This document shows, in pieces, positions 25,121 through 35,116 of a DNA stretch of 64,000 nucleotides. The DNA comes from a virus: the IMG/VR virus record IMGVR_UViG_3300036828_000667, positions 49,839 to 113,838 of that record. One strand, given 5' to 3'. Both the position numbers and the translations under genes were made by a program. The notes beneath the pieces are model-generated. The model did no database searches, had not been told where the DNA came from, and saw only the letters and a program-made list of their open reading frames with translations. How positions within the stretch are numbered: the stretch's first letter is position 1; the number at the start of each line of letters is the position of its first letter.

Positions 25121-25613
25121 TTGACCCCCTGAGCTTATAGAACTTTATGTATACCGCGATGTAATGCGGAGGACTTTGTATCTCTCTCGGTAGGATACAT
25201 TTGCTTTGAGAGTTAAACACTCCAAAAGCATCGTCGATATCTAGTCCTGGAAATATACCATCTTCAATAACCTTCCATAAGTTCGTTAGGTCAAGCAATC
25301 TTAGCTTAGTCCCATCGCCAATGATCCAATCATGTTTGCTAGAACAAAAGGCAGTATGACAAGCGTAGCAATATGTATCTTTAGGAGCTTTTATTTTGAG
25401 ATCTTCTATCTGATCTTTAATATGGCTTTGAAGAAGAGTAACTCTCTCGTCCTTCCGAATCCAAACTCTACCATTCATACTTTGGGCTTTGTACATATTA
25501 TTAGAACTAAAATAATAAGGGATGGATATACAAAAACAGTATGTAGAAATTTGCTTTAGGTCAGTTGCATTAAGAATGCAGTTTTGCGGAACAGATCCTC
25601 CTTCTATAGCCAT
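25113..25613 (-). CDS. RusA-like Holliday junction resolvase
   Basis: S.NN.Y and DL.N..K...D.......DD. Confidence 0.7.
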   Translation of the reverse strand: MAIEGGSVPQNCILNATDLKQISTYCFCISIPYYFSSNNMYKAQSMNGRVWIRKDERVTLLQSHIKDQIEDLKIKAPKDTYCYACHTAFCSSKHDWIIGDGTKLRLLDLTNLWKVIEDGIFPGLDIDDAFGVFNSQSKCILPREIQSPPHYIAVYIKFYKLRGSNG

Positions 25614-25840
25614 GTCTCGACGATAACAGGATCATCATCAGGAGACCTGGGTATCATATTAAGTCCAGAAGGAAGCAACCTATGTAGTTCTTCTATAGTA
25701 TCAGCTACAAACATCTCATTAGTAGGAGTTAACTTACCATCACCAACTAGCCATAACCTAGCGACAAACTGGTCAGGTTGATCCTTAGGATGATCATAGA
25801 TCGTCCAAATTCGAAGTAAGTCTTCGTCATTCTTTGCCAT
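25604..25840 (-). CDS. Conserved small phage protein (IYDHP.D.P...D.P.IVETW)
   Basis: Recognisable motif, coupled. Confidence 0.75.
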   Translation of the reverse strand: MAKNDEDLLRIWTIYDHPKDQPDQFVARLWLVGDGKLTPTNEMFVADTIEELHRLLPSGLNMIPRSPDDDPVIVETWL

Positions 25841-26165
25841 GGTCTGGACCTAGCAAGCTTATGATATCTTCTTCCGTAGGAGCTACGTTTACTATCGGGA
25901 CAGATTTAATAGGTCTTTTCGGATCAGGCAATAGACTACTTTGAACTCTAGCATTCACGGCTTCCTGAATAGTTATACCACCAGAAAACGCCGGATACAT
26001 GATGGCTATCAGGTTCAAATCATCAGCAGTTTCTACAAACAGATTGCTATTACATAAGCTCTCCGGATGATGACCCAGCCCAGAGACCATAAGCGTATCC
26101 GCGTAGATATAATATCGTTCTAGAATCCTTGCCATAACAGCTGCTTGACTAGAAGAAATCTTCAT
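25827..26165 (-). CDS. Hypothetical protein
   Basis: GGAG RBS. Confidence 0.65.
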   Translation of the reverse strand: MKISSSQAAVMARILERYYIYADTLMVSGLGHHPESLCNSNLFVETADDLNLIAIMYPAFSGGITIQEAVNARVQSSLLPDPKRPIKSVPIVNVAPTEEDIISLLGPDHGKE

Positions 26166-26195
26166 ATATTAGTCTCTCCGTACGACAGCTCTGTT

Positions 26196-29100
26196 TCATG
26201 TATAAGGCTCTCTTTGTACGTTACTGAAGTCAAGTCTCATTTTTCCAGTCACCAACTTACGTGACTGGCCAAGCGATAAGGCAAAGGCTCCACGAGCTAT
26301 GAATAGCTCTCCCATTGATCGCACACTCTCTACCTCTTCGTCAACAGTAATATAAGTCTTGACACCGTATGCGGATAGCCTACTATCCAAGGCTTCTACT
26401 GCGGTCTGCTTACTTTCATGAAACTCAGAAGATATAATAGGTCCATCAACTACAGCGTTCTTTAACTCTACCATCTGGTCTCCAGACACACCAATCTCAT
26501 ACTCTGCTTTAATCGGTATGTTGAATTCTTCAACTACTTTGTCTATAACGTATCTGGGGAGAGCAGAGATGATTTTTGGCAAGTCAGCGATCTGTACGTC
26601 CAAATCAGCCGCGTCATGAGTAAAGCAATCAATCCTTGCAGACATGTCTTGGTCTAGAGTATACTCACTCATATAGTAGATACCTAGCCCAGCAAGAACA
26701 GAAGAAGCATTTTGGATCGGGTAATTCTGGGCATTCCTAAAAGACTCTGATATAAACATGCGAAGCTTCTTATCTACCTCTCTATTAGAACTAAGTTTGA
26801 CCTTTCTGGAGAACACGTTTTCCAACAGCTGATCTTTACTCCACTGGCTTAGAGATAGAGCTTCATGCGGTAGTCCTACGTCGTAAATAGGGTCTCCTAA
26901 GGGAGTCAAGATGTAGCCGTTTTCTAGTAAGAAGCTGTGCTGTGCTTTTATCCATATCTCTATGTTAGGAAACGTGCTGAAAAGCTGGGTGAATATATAC
27001 TTAGCCAATTGGATATTACCATTTAAAAATTTAATTGCAAAACTTGGTGGACTATCTCCATATAGAACAGCAAACACAGCGCTCTTGGCATAACGACGCT
27101 CTTGCTTTGTAATCTGCTTTTCTGGTTTACCCCAAATCTTGCTGGCAATGAACAGATGAATGTCTGCACCTTCACGGAACTTCTGAAGCAAGGCTTCGTC
27201 CTTGGCTATAGTCGCCAGAACACGGATTTCACTCTGACTCAAGTCCCAATGGAGTCTAACACCGTCAATAAATCTAGATACCATAAGGTCAATAAGTTCT
27301 CCTGCGGGCACGGTATGGTCCCCACTGCGGAACCTTTTTGTTACCGCAGTACACACTCCGAAGGAAGTCTCTTTGATCCAAATTTTGTCTGTTGGCGTCT
27401 TCTCTGTCCAACCTGGATGTCTCAGAGCCCGAACGTTTCTCTTATCTACTAGCGTTGCATTACCTCTCCCAACGTCTCCCCAAATGTAAGTCGAATAAAC
27501 CTTCATTACCTTCTTGTATAATCGGAACAGAAATACGATACGAAACTCATCTACCCAAGTTGATTTGTCGTCTACATTAACACCACCAATATGCCAAAAA
27601 GCATTGTAAATATCCTCAATAACTTCTGAGGCCATACCCGGCAATGTCCACCCGTAAAATTCGATAAACACTTTTATTTCTGGAGGAGTAATCTTTATGT
27701 TATTATCATCTTTCCAAAGTTCAGATGAATTTGCAGGATGGTTTTGAACCTTGTTTCCAATACACTCAGATGCCTCTACTAGAGTATCAACCACCTTGAA
27801 CCGTTCTGCTGAGTCAGATTCCGCTAGCACTTGTTCAAGTGTAGGACCTAGTACAGGGTATTCCTTAAAACATTCATCCTTGCTATTCTGATACTCCTTG
27901 AATACAGTAAAAAGCATCATAAGGAATTTCAGTCTAGGCGTTACGATAAGCTTTGAAAACCTATCCCTCGTATCCTTGTGATTGGACCTTGGATTGAAAA
28001 ACTTCGTCAGATTGTCTAGCTCAGTAGTTGTCTGGATTTCAAGAACGTCCTGAGTATTATCAATTACGGGGACAAAGGTCTGATCGGTACTAAGAGACGA
28101 CGGCAATATCTTTTGAAATCTAGGGATCATTAGTATCGATCTAAGGGAGTCTATCGCTGTATCAAGATATACCTTATCAAGCTTTGTAGCTAACTCGTCA
28201 TTCCAGGCAATTCCAGAGGCCTCCAACTCGAACCCGAGCTTGCCTAGATTATTATAGATTTCAGATACCCGGACTAGACCAAGTTTCTGGACTTCCTCTC
28301 CCAGATGGTCTTTCAACCGATCCGTAAATTCTATATCCCTAATAGCATACGGAGCTATGATCTCAACAGGTACATCAGTGAACTTGTCCTCAAAATCCTT
28401 GTCAGTAGACCGCTGTATGATCAGAGTGAAAAACCGTTTGCAAAATTCAGTATATCTTTCTCTATTGTAATACTTCTTAGCTAATCTATTGATTTGGACG
28501 AAGTCAGTTCGAAGGTTTACGATCCTATCAGTAGGCTTTTTAACTGCATCAAACCATGCAATCAGAGTATCAATAGAGTTACATTTACTGTCTTGAATAA
28601 AAATAACCTCTTCCCTAATCCTGCCCTTGTAGGTTGGCTTTACGTACTTGATGATCTTCTGGAGAAGGCTGTTCCACTCATCGACTTCAGCATCCCATGT
28701 CTGTATACCTAGTCGAGTGCTAGCGATCTCTTTCAAACCGCCGCTACGACCTAGACACCTGTTCATCATCATTACATCAAGAACGTCTCTAATATATACT
28801 CCGAAATAACTTAGGCTAGCGGCACATTCATATTGGAGATTGAATACTATCAGTTTCTTTGATAGAAGCCATACTCCAATCTTGGCTTTCAGTTTATCAG
28901 GAATGACGAATTCTCCAGGTGTTCGCCAAAAATTATAGAGCATAACGTAAACACAGGTCTTAGTCGTCCTGCCCTTAAGAGCAAGGCCACCGACAAAGTA
29001 ATTATAGTGATACGTATTGAGGCCTGATGCTTCATAGTCCAATACCACTTCAGTATCGTTTTTGAAAATTTCTTCAACTCTAGACCATTCTAGTACGTCA

Positions 29101-29729
29101 ATCACCTCATACTTAAGTATATTGGATACAGTTTCTTTCTTAAAGCCACTCCAAGCTCTTTTAAGGTCGCCAATCAACGTCTCGAAGGACTCAGAAGTCC
29201 CTCGGGTCAGAATGCCCCAACCACTGACTCTCAGCACGAAGCTTGGATGGTAGGTGACAAAGACTGGAATGTCAAGATAGCTATAGGTGTGGACTCTAGC
29301 CGCCCCTACAGACGTGTCTATATCAAAAGCCGACATAGCAGATTTTCCAGTCAATAAAATCACTTTAGGCCTTGTCTTCTCTATATCCTTCCGTAGAAAT
29401 ACAGAGTACTTTTGAATCTCATGATGCTCTGGTGTCCTATCTTTAATTCTGGACCCTTCTCTAACTATAGGACGATATGGAATTACGTTGAAGTATCGTA
29501 TCTTAGTAGGATCAATATCACCAGTCTTTGCAGCTTCAACAATCGCCCGGTCCAGTGTTTGTCCCGCAGGACCTACGAACGGCGTACCCTGTTCAACTTC
29601 TTCTTTACCAGGACCTTCTCCTGCTATATATAAATGTACATCAGTATAACAACCTTTTGGCCCTACAAACAGTGGATCAAGTCCAGGACCTGGGTTTACT
29701 AAGCTGTCAGTCAATTCTAAACTAGACAT
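26196..29729 (-). CDS. polA: Family A DNA polymerase with N-terminal uracil-DNA glycosylase domain
   Basis: UDG GEGPG..E...G.PFVG.AG and TYHPS; exonuclease LDYE; polymerase motifs DLSQSEIR, R..AK...F..LYG, HD. Confidence 0.92.
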   Translation of the reverse strand: MSSLELTDSLVNPGPGLDPLFVGPKGCYTDVHLYIAGEGPGKEEVEQGTPFVGPAGQTLDRAIVEAAKTGDIDPTKIRYFNVIPYRPIVREGSRIKDRTPEHHEIQKYSVFLRKDIEKTRPKVILLTGKSAMSAFDIDTSVGAARVHTYSYLDIPVFVTYHPSFVLRVSGWGILTRGTSESFETLIGDLKRAWSGFKKETVSNILKYEVIDVLEWSRVEEIFKNDTEVVLDYEASGLNTYHYNYFVGGLALKGRTTKTCVYVMLYNFWRTPGEFVIPDKLKAKIGVWLLSKKLIVFNLQYECAASLSYFGVYIRDVLDVMMMNRCLGRSGGLKEIASTRLGIQTWDAEVDEWNSLLQKIIKYVKPTYKGRIREEVIFIQDSKCNSIDTLIAWFDAVKKPTDRIVNLRTDFVQINRLAKKYYNRERYTEFCKRFFTLIIQRSTDKDFEDKFTDVPVEIIAPYAIRDIEFTDRLKDHLGEEVQKLGLVRVSEIYNNLGKLGFELEASGIAWNDELATKLDKVYLDTAIDSLRSILMIPRFQKILPSSLSTDQTFVPVIDNTQDVLEIQTTTELDNLTKFFNPRSNHKDTRDRFSKLIVTPRLKFLMMLFTVFKEYQNSKDECFKEYPVLGPTLEQVLAESDSAERFKVVDTLVEASECIGNKVQNHPANSSELWKDDNNIKITPPEIKVFIEFYGWTLPGMASEVIEDIYNAFWHIGGVNVDDKSTWVDEFRIVFLFRLYKKVMKVYSTYIWGDVGRGNATLVDKRNVRALRHPGWTEKTPTDKIWIKETSFGVCTAVTKRFRSGDHTVPAGELIDLMVSRFIDGVRLHWDLSQSEIRVLATIAKDEALLQKFREGADIHLFIASKIWGKPEKQITKQERRYAKSAVFAVLYGDSPPSFAIKFLNGNIQLAKYIFTQLFSTFPNIEIWIKAQHSFLLENGYILTPLGDPIYDVGLPHEALSLSQWSKDQLLENVFSRKVKLSSNREVDKKLRMFISESFRNAQNYPIQNASSVLAGLGIYYMSEYTLDQDMSARIDCFTHDAADLDVQIADLPKIISALPRYVIDKVVEEFNIPIKAEYEIGVSGDQMVELKNAVVDGPIISSEFHESKQTAVEALDSRLSAYGVKTYITVDEEVESVRSMGELFIARGAFALSLGQSRKLVTGKMRLDFSNVQREPYT

Positions 29730-30564
29730 GGATAGAATAACCCTTATCTATCTTGTTAGAGTGCTTTCTATTAATAATCATACTATTGATCCAAATTTTA
29801 TATTCCTCTAGAGTACTTCGATTATAAATCCTAATATGTCCTCTTCTCAAATGCCGTCTTGGTGAATTGTGTGATCCTCCTAAAGAAACTCTATTCAAAG
29901 AATGCTCAGTTGGAACACTTAAGGTAAGAATTTTATACTCATATACAAGACATTTTCCTTCTAAAAGTCTTCTCTTATTTAACTTTTCTGGAGGAAGTAT
30001 TGTTTCAAGATAAACATTTGAACAAGAAAGAGCTTCTATAAGCTCTAAGACTGCACGTACCCCACTCTCATGTATCTCACGCATAACTTTCTGATCACAT
30101 CTTTTATATATTTCTTCAAATAGGACTTTTGTTCCAAAGGGAAATCCTCGCTCTGTCATCTTAGAATCCAAGTCTAAAGTAGATTGAAAACAATTGGGCC
30201 ACCAGTATGAATTTCCAGTTCTTGGATCTTTTGTCCAACCAGTTTTCGAATCTTTAAGTTTATGAAATGATGTTATTACAATAAGATCTTTCGTGGCATT
30301 TTCATTAGCAAGAATAATTGAACCTGAAAATTCTATCGAGATAGTTGGAAACGGAAGTCGTATCTTATTTGGAATTCCTCTAAACTCGTCATCGAATAAT
30401 ACTCCATTATCAGGAATCGCAAATTTAATCGTGTTAGAATCCTCGACGACTTCCCATATCTTTATTATCCTACTTACAAGCTCTTGTGAGTAAGGATTAT
30501 GATTTCTACCCTTTATTGACTTAAAATACTCTGCTGCATTCGTTATCAAATGTCTAGGTTCCAT
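29722..30564 (-). CDS. Conserved phage protein (RLPF / SPRRHLRRGH family)
   Basis: Motifs shared with 34272-34544 and 61195-62082. Confidence 0.75.
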   Translation of the reverse strand: MEPRHLITNAAEYFKSIKGRNHNPYSQELVSRIIKIWEVVEDSNTIKFAIPDNGVLFDDEFRGIPNKIRLPFPTISIEFSGSIILANENATKDLIVITSFHKLKDSKTGWTKDPRTGNSYWWPNCFQSTLDLDSKMTERGFPFGTKVLFEEIYKRCDQKVMREIHESGVRAVLELIEALSCSNVYLETILPPEKLNKRRLLEGKCLVYEYKILTLSVPTEHSLNRVSLGGSHNSPRRHLRRGHIRIYNRSTLEEYKIWINSMIINRKHSNKIDKGYSIHV

Positions 30565-30687
30565 AAGGTTTTCCCCTATATATCACGCAAACCATGTCAA
30601 TGGCTTTCCATAAGACTACTCCCCAAAGACATGAAAGGGCGGTAGTTTTACCTACCGCCCTAACACCAGCCCTTACCTCTAACCTAC

Positions 30688-31329
30688 TTACTTAGTAGAC
30701 GGCACTGGGTGGGGTATGGTCGGAACGCCTACTACTACCCAACCTGTACTCGGGCTCCAGCCCACCTTCCATTCGACCAACGGCTCCCGACCACCGTCGC
30801 CAACCGGCGGAATGTAGATCGGTGGAGTCGCGTACCCTGGCCATGGCGCATCTCCACCCCAAGTACCAAGCGGTGGCACAGGGGGTAACACAATCGGGTG
30901 TGTTGGAACTCCAGGTTCAATCGCATCCGGCGGGATCACGATCGGATGGGCTGGATGCGGTGGAGGCAGGACGATGGGATGTGTCGGAACTCCAGGCCCA
31001 ATTGCTTCCGGAGGGATCACAATCGGGTGTGCAGGATAGACCGGGATGTAGATGGGATGGGTCGGCACTCCCGGTGCAATTGCATCAGGTGGGATCACAA
31101 TAGGGTGTTCAGGATGTGGTTGAGGACCGGGGAGACCGATATCAACATAGTTTGGAGGTCGACCACCCCAAGTACCTAAAGGTGGAACAGGACCTCCTGG
31201 CGCAATCGGGTGCGAAGGAAACGGACCGCCTGGCATAGGACCTCCACCAACTCCTACGTCGGTATAGTGCATATACCCTACGAAAGTAACAGGAATTGCA
31301 GCCATATCTTTACTCCTCTGTTTTACCAA
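30688..31329 (-). CDS. Proline-rich repeat protein (HPI.IPP repeats)
   Basis: Repeated P(T/A/E)HPI(V/Y)(I/L)P; AGGAG precedes MAAIP. Confidence 0.75.
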   Translation of the reverse strand: MVKQRSKDMAAIPVTFVGYMHYTDVGVGGGPMPGGPFPSHPIAPGGPVPPLGTWGGRPPNYVDIGLPGPQPHPEHPIVIPPDAIAPGVPTHPIYIPVYPAHPIVIPPEAIGPGVPTHPIVLPPPHPAHPIVIPPDAIEPGVPTHPIVLPPVPPLGTWGGDAPWPGYATPPIYIPPVGDGGREPLVEWKVGWSPSTGWVVVGVPTIPHPVPSTK

Positions 31330-31370
31330 AACACGGTCTTTAAACTATCCTATCGGACCGCACGATAGTA

Positions 31371-32933
31371 CTAAACTCCAACCGTGACCAGTGACCGTTG
31401 AACCAAAGTTTGAACAACACGTAATAGATCATCAGCTTCAGACTTAATTTCCACCTCATATCTAACTATTGGTCCCCAGTGATTACAGCGATTACGTAGA
31501 CCGGTCGCGGACATGAAGACCGTAAAAGCTGGACAGAATTTCGACAACCACTGGTATTGAGTACCTTGATCGCCTTTGCCATAATTTTGTAGATCAGCTG
31601 ACGATGGGTTTAAACCCTCCGTAAAGATAGGCTGGAAACCCTGCGGTTTATCCCAGAAATAATCGAATAACCTCTCAATGTCAACATCAGAACTCGACAA
31701 ATTCCAGGAACTCTGCATGAGCCCGGCTTCTGCCGTTTCCGGACTGGTATTTGTAGCTGACTGGTCACGGCCACACCAATGGTTACCACTGGTTTCTCGC
31801 ATACCAAGACCAATCATCAACGTAAATAGATGACGTAAAGTATCAACCCCATCGTTACTATTATCCATACCAAGCGAATAAAACTTGTCTCCATAATAAG
31901 TCATAACGTCGTCGTCATTACTACCATTCTCAGCTTCAGCCATAGTCATAGCTGCACTATTGCCGTCATTCAGAGCTACGACTGCCCAAGCGAACGACAA
32001 TGCCATACCAGCAATATATCCCGGAGGAGCAACACCACGGTCATCCCAGCTGTATTCAACAATCTCTGATCTATCGACAATGTTTAAAATCTGTGCCTGT
32101 AAATCAGGTCCAATTGGAGTAACAGTTCCTGCCATTTTCTGTTCTAGTTCGATTAGCTTGGTCCAGGTGTTTTTTCCCACTACACCATCAACACCAAGAT
32201 CCACTGCGGCTTGGAAGCCCTTCACAGCTGCGTCGGTCCGGCCTCCAAAATCCCCATCAACAGGAATGCCTAGGTCCCTCTGGACGCGTTCAACGGAACG
32301 ACCACTATCGCCTTGGCTCAGTACAACATCAGGCACTGTAGGGCCTTCTGGCGGCCTCCCCGGGGCTATTGGGGGTCGGTCTGTCGGAGGCTCAACCGGC
32401 TTGGGCGGTTGCTCGACCTCCTGACCACTGATCGCCCCGGCAATAGCTGTACATATCTGAGAGAAGTATTGCCTATATAGTTCAGCATCCTTACTACTAT
32501 CTACAAAACAGGTTTCTATTAGTATAGAAGGTTTACTAGTATTGTTCAGGAAGAATAGATCAGTTCGTTTCTTTGGACCACGGTCAATGAAATGACCAGC
32601 AGAAGCAATAGCAGCTGATACTTCATCAGCCAAGGTTTGCTGAGTTATATACAGACACTCAACACCCATTGGATTTGACGTATGGTTATAGGCATTAAAA
32701 TGGACAGAAACATCCAAATCCCTACTTTGGCTATTATGATAGTTTACTATTCTATTTAGGTTCTCGTTTTGTGAAGTACTCACATCGTCATGGAAAGTCT
32801 TTATACCAACACCGATATTCCGAAGCACAGTAGCTACTTGCTCGACTACTTTTCGAGCTTCATTCACTTCATCAAGGATATCTGACGCTCCCCTGATATG
32901 TTTCCCATGTCCTGAAGACAGAACGATATCCAT
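31371..32933 (-). CDS. Modular endolysin: amidase_3, peptidoglycan-binding domain, C-terminal domain
   Basis: GHG..E, SVHFNA, ILIETCFVD; DGDFG..T..AVK.FQ....L.VDGVVG..TW. Confidence 0.9.
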   Translation of the reverse strand: MDIVLSSGHGKHIRGASDILDEVNEARKVVEQVATVLRNIGVGIKTFHDDVSTSQNENLNRIVNYHNSQSRDLDVSVHFNAYNHTSNPMGVECLYITQQTLADEVSAAIASAGHFIDRGPKKRTDLFFLNNTSKPSILIETCFVDSSKDAELYRQYFSQICTAIAGAISGQEVEQPPKPVEPPTDRPPIAPGRPPEGPTVPDVVLSQGDSGRSVERVQRDLGIPVDGDFGGRTDAAVKGFQAAVDLGVDGVVGKNTWTKLIELEQKMAGTVTPIGPDLQAQILNIVDRSEIVEYSWDDRGVAPPGYIAGMALSFAWAVVALNDGNSAAMTMAEAENGSNDDDVMTYYGDKFYSLGMDNSNDGVDTLRHLFTLMIGLGMRETSGNHWCGRDQSATNTSPETAEAGLMQSSWNLSSSDVDIERLFDYFWDKPQGFQPIFTEGLNPSSADLQNYGKGDQGTQYQWLSKFCPAFTVFMSATGLRNRCNHWGPIVRYEVEIKSEADDLLRVVQTLVQRSLVTVGV

Positions 32934-32982
32934 CGCTCGCTCCTATTCGAAGCAGGCCAAGCTCTGAATACTGTTACAGCTT

Positions 32983-33222
32983 TTAGTATTTAGTCTTAAC
33001 TATTCCGTTATCATCACAGAATTTAGCTCCCTTGGGAGTAAGCAAATAAATATCGGCACCTACAGTGTTGGACAACATAGCAGTATCTAACCACACAATA
33101 TACCCAGCGTCTTTAAGCCCATTCATAGCACTTTGAATACTAGATGGTCTATTATATTTAGAATAGAAGATTTTGTTTTTCGTATTCCTGAGAGACAGTA
33201 TCTTTCTCCACTCAGGCTTCAT
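32983..33222 (-). CDS. Small winged-helix-like protein
   Basis: L...GYI.......Y.LT.KG. Confidence 0.55.
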   Translation of the reverse strand: MKPEWRKILSLRNTKNKIFYSKYNRPSSIQSAMNGLKDAGYIVWLDTAMLSNTVGADIYLLTPKGAKFCDDNGIVKTKY

Positions 33223-33231
33223 GCTACTAAT

Positions 33232-34272
33232 TTATGCTACTAATTTTCTGATATATTCTTTAACATCGTTCCTAATGTTGCTTTCTATTATGTTACTGAC
33301 AAATGTTTTAGCAACTCTCATATCCATCTTATGTAACTGTTCTTCTAGCAAATCTTGGTTGATATCGAAAATAAAAGCTGTAGCTATCTCAGATCGGATG
33401 TCTTCAACAATTGAAAACTTATTATCTATAGGATATCTCAAATCCATTAGCTTAAAGTTTCTAAGAAGTATATCATGCCCATTTTTCAAAGCTTCATATC
33501 CTGAGGTTCTGGCTCCAGTAGGTCTCTCGAGCTTTGTCAGAGAATCGTATAAAGTATAATGTTTGTTATGCTGCAAGTCAATTAACTGGGAGGCGTATTT
33601 CTCAGCTGTCTCCCATCCACAAAACCCGGGAATGTTGTCAGATGTATCACCAGCAATAGCCCTGATCGTAAGCCAGTGGGCTCTCCAACAATCCTTATTT
33701 AGATTATTATCTCTGATAAGACTTTCGACAGTATACATTGTATCAGTCCTACTATCATATAAGTCAATATTTTTCGTAACCAGCTGAACTAAATCCATAT
33801 CTGAAGAATAGATGGTAACCCTTTCATTCGGGAGCTTACTACATATATAAGCTATGATATCATCAGCTTCACAATTTGGGACTTGAATCGACAGACATCC
33901 CGACAAAGGAAGAATTTGAGAATGCAACATTCTTGTTGTCATAACAAGCTTAGCTATATAATCATCTCTAGCCTCATCTCCCTCTTTAGCTAACAGATTA
34001 TCTGCTGATTTAAGACTGTCAGACACATTTCCAATTGGTATCTTATGAGGCTTATATTCTTTATATAATTCACGTCTAAATATAGGAATACCTAAATCCC
34101 AGCCACCTATAACTTGATCTTTAAGCTGATGCTTTAGTACGATCTTTGATAATGAACTTAAAGCGCCATGAACGCCACCCGTAAATCTTCCTTTACTGTC
34201 TTTTAATTCAGACTGAGGCGTATGTAAAGAAGCGTGAATAATAGAATGCATATCAGCCACGATAAGTCCCAC
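33232..34272 (-). CDS. 5'-3' flap exonuclease / T4 RNase H-like
   Basis: FR...Y..YK, EADDII, SSD.D..QL, GD.SDNIPG. Confidence 0.92.
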   Translation of the reverse strand: MGLIVADMHSIIHASLHTPQSELKDSKGRFTGGVHGALSSLSKIVLKHQLKDQVIGGWDLGIPIFRRELYKEYKPHKIPIGNVSDSLKSADNLLAKEGDEARDDYIAKLVMTTRMLHSQILPLSGCLSIQVPNCEADDIIAYICSKLPNERVTIYSSDMDLVQLVTKNIDLYDSRTDTMYTVESLIRDNNLNKDCWRAHWLTIRAIAGDTSDNIPGFCGWETAEKYASQLIDLQHNKHYTLYDSLTKLERPTGARTSGYEALKNGHDILLRNFKLMDLRYPIDNKFSIVEDIRSEIATAFIFDINQDLLEEQLHKMDMRVAKTFVSNIIESNIRNDVKEYIRKLVA

Positions 34273-34544
34273 TATCTGATACCCACGTCATACATTTTTT
34301 CAATTTTGTAAGGATTTTTTCTGCTTATAACCATACTATTGACCCATATTTTATACTCGCTAGGAGTTCCTCTGTTATATATTCTAACATGCCCACCATC
34401 ATCAAAAATAGCCCCGTCAAGAGGTAACTGGAACTTTACTGTAGATACATCAACTACCATACTCCAGATACGCCTAAAAGACTCTACAGGTACTGACTGA
34501 AATGATGCTGAAGCTCTCTGTATTAGATTAAGTGCTTGTGTCAT
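34272..34544 (-). pseudogene. Internally deleted paralog of 29722-30564
   Basis: N- and C-termini align; roughly 190 central residues missing. Confidence 0.6.
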
Positions 34545-34549
34545 CTTAT

Positions 34550-35098
34550 TTACGCTGCCACTCTCTTCTCGAAGTCGGCATCCTTCTCCATCTCCCTCCT
34601 AAGATCGTTAATCTCAACAAAGCTATCAGCTGCTCTTCTCAGAGCATCTGAAACCATTTTTTGATTCAGCAAGGTCGAACATATTGTAACAACCTTGCCA
34701 GCGTCGTCGAGATGTTTAACCAGTGGAACAAACTGGCTATTTCCTGTAAATAGGATGAAATGGTCAACTGCTGGAATCAGCTTCATCGCCTGAATAGTAA
34801 AGTCAACCTGTATCCCTCGGTTACGCTCGTCAGTATCTGTAACTTTGCAGATGAACCCATTGTAGTCCAACCAATCAATCAACCTGATAATCGAGTTTTC
34901 CTCTTGGTCCTTATCAAGAGATACAAAATAGTAGATTTTCTTCAAGATAAGCATTCTCCTAAAATAATCGAGCATCTTCTTGTAATCAGGACTCCAATTA
35001 AGAGACTTAAATCCGTAATGCGAATTGATCCCATCAATCAAAACAGCTGCTGAAAGATCTTCGAATCCACCAAATGGCCTATTTTGTTCCATAGACAT
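34550..35098 (-). CDS. NYN/LabA (DUF88) domain protein
   Basis: IDG.N, IDWLDYNG, LFTG...F.PLV, SD.LRR.AD.FV. Confidence 0.85.
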   Translation of the reverse strand: MSMEQNRPFGGFEDLSAAVLIDGINSHYGFKSLNWSPDYKKMLDYFRRMLILKKIYYFVSLDKDQEENSIIRLIDWLDYNGFICKVTDTDERNRGIQVDFTIQAMKLIPAVDHFILFTGNSQFVPLVKHLDDAGKVVTICSTLLNQKMVSDALRRAADSFVEINDLRREMEKDADFEKRVAA

Positions 35099-35116
35099 TT
35101 TTTACTCTCCAATTTT

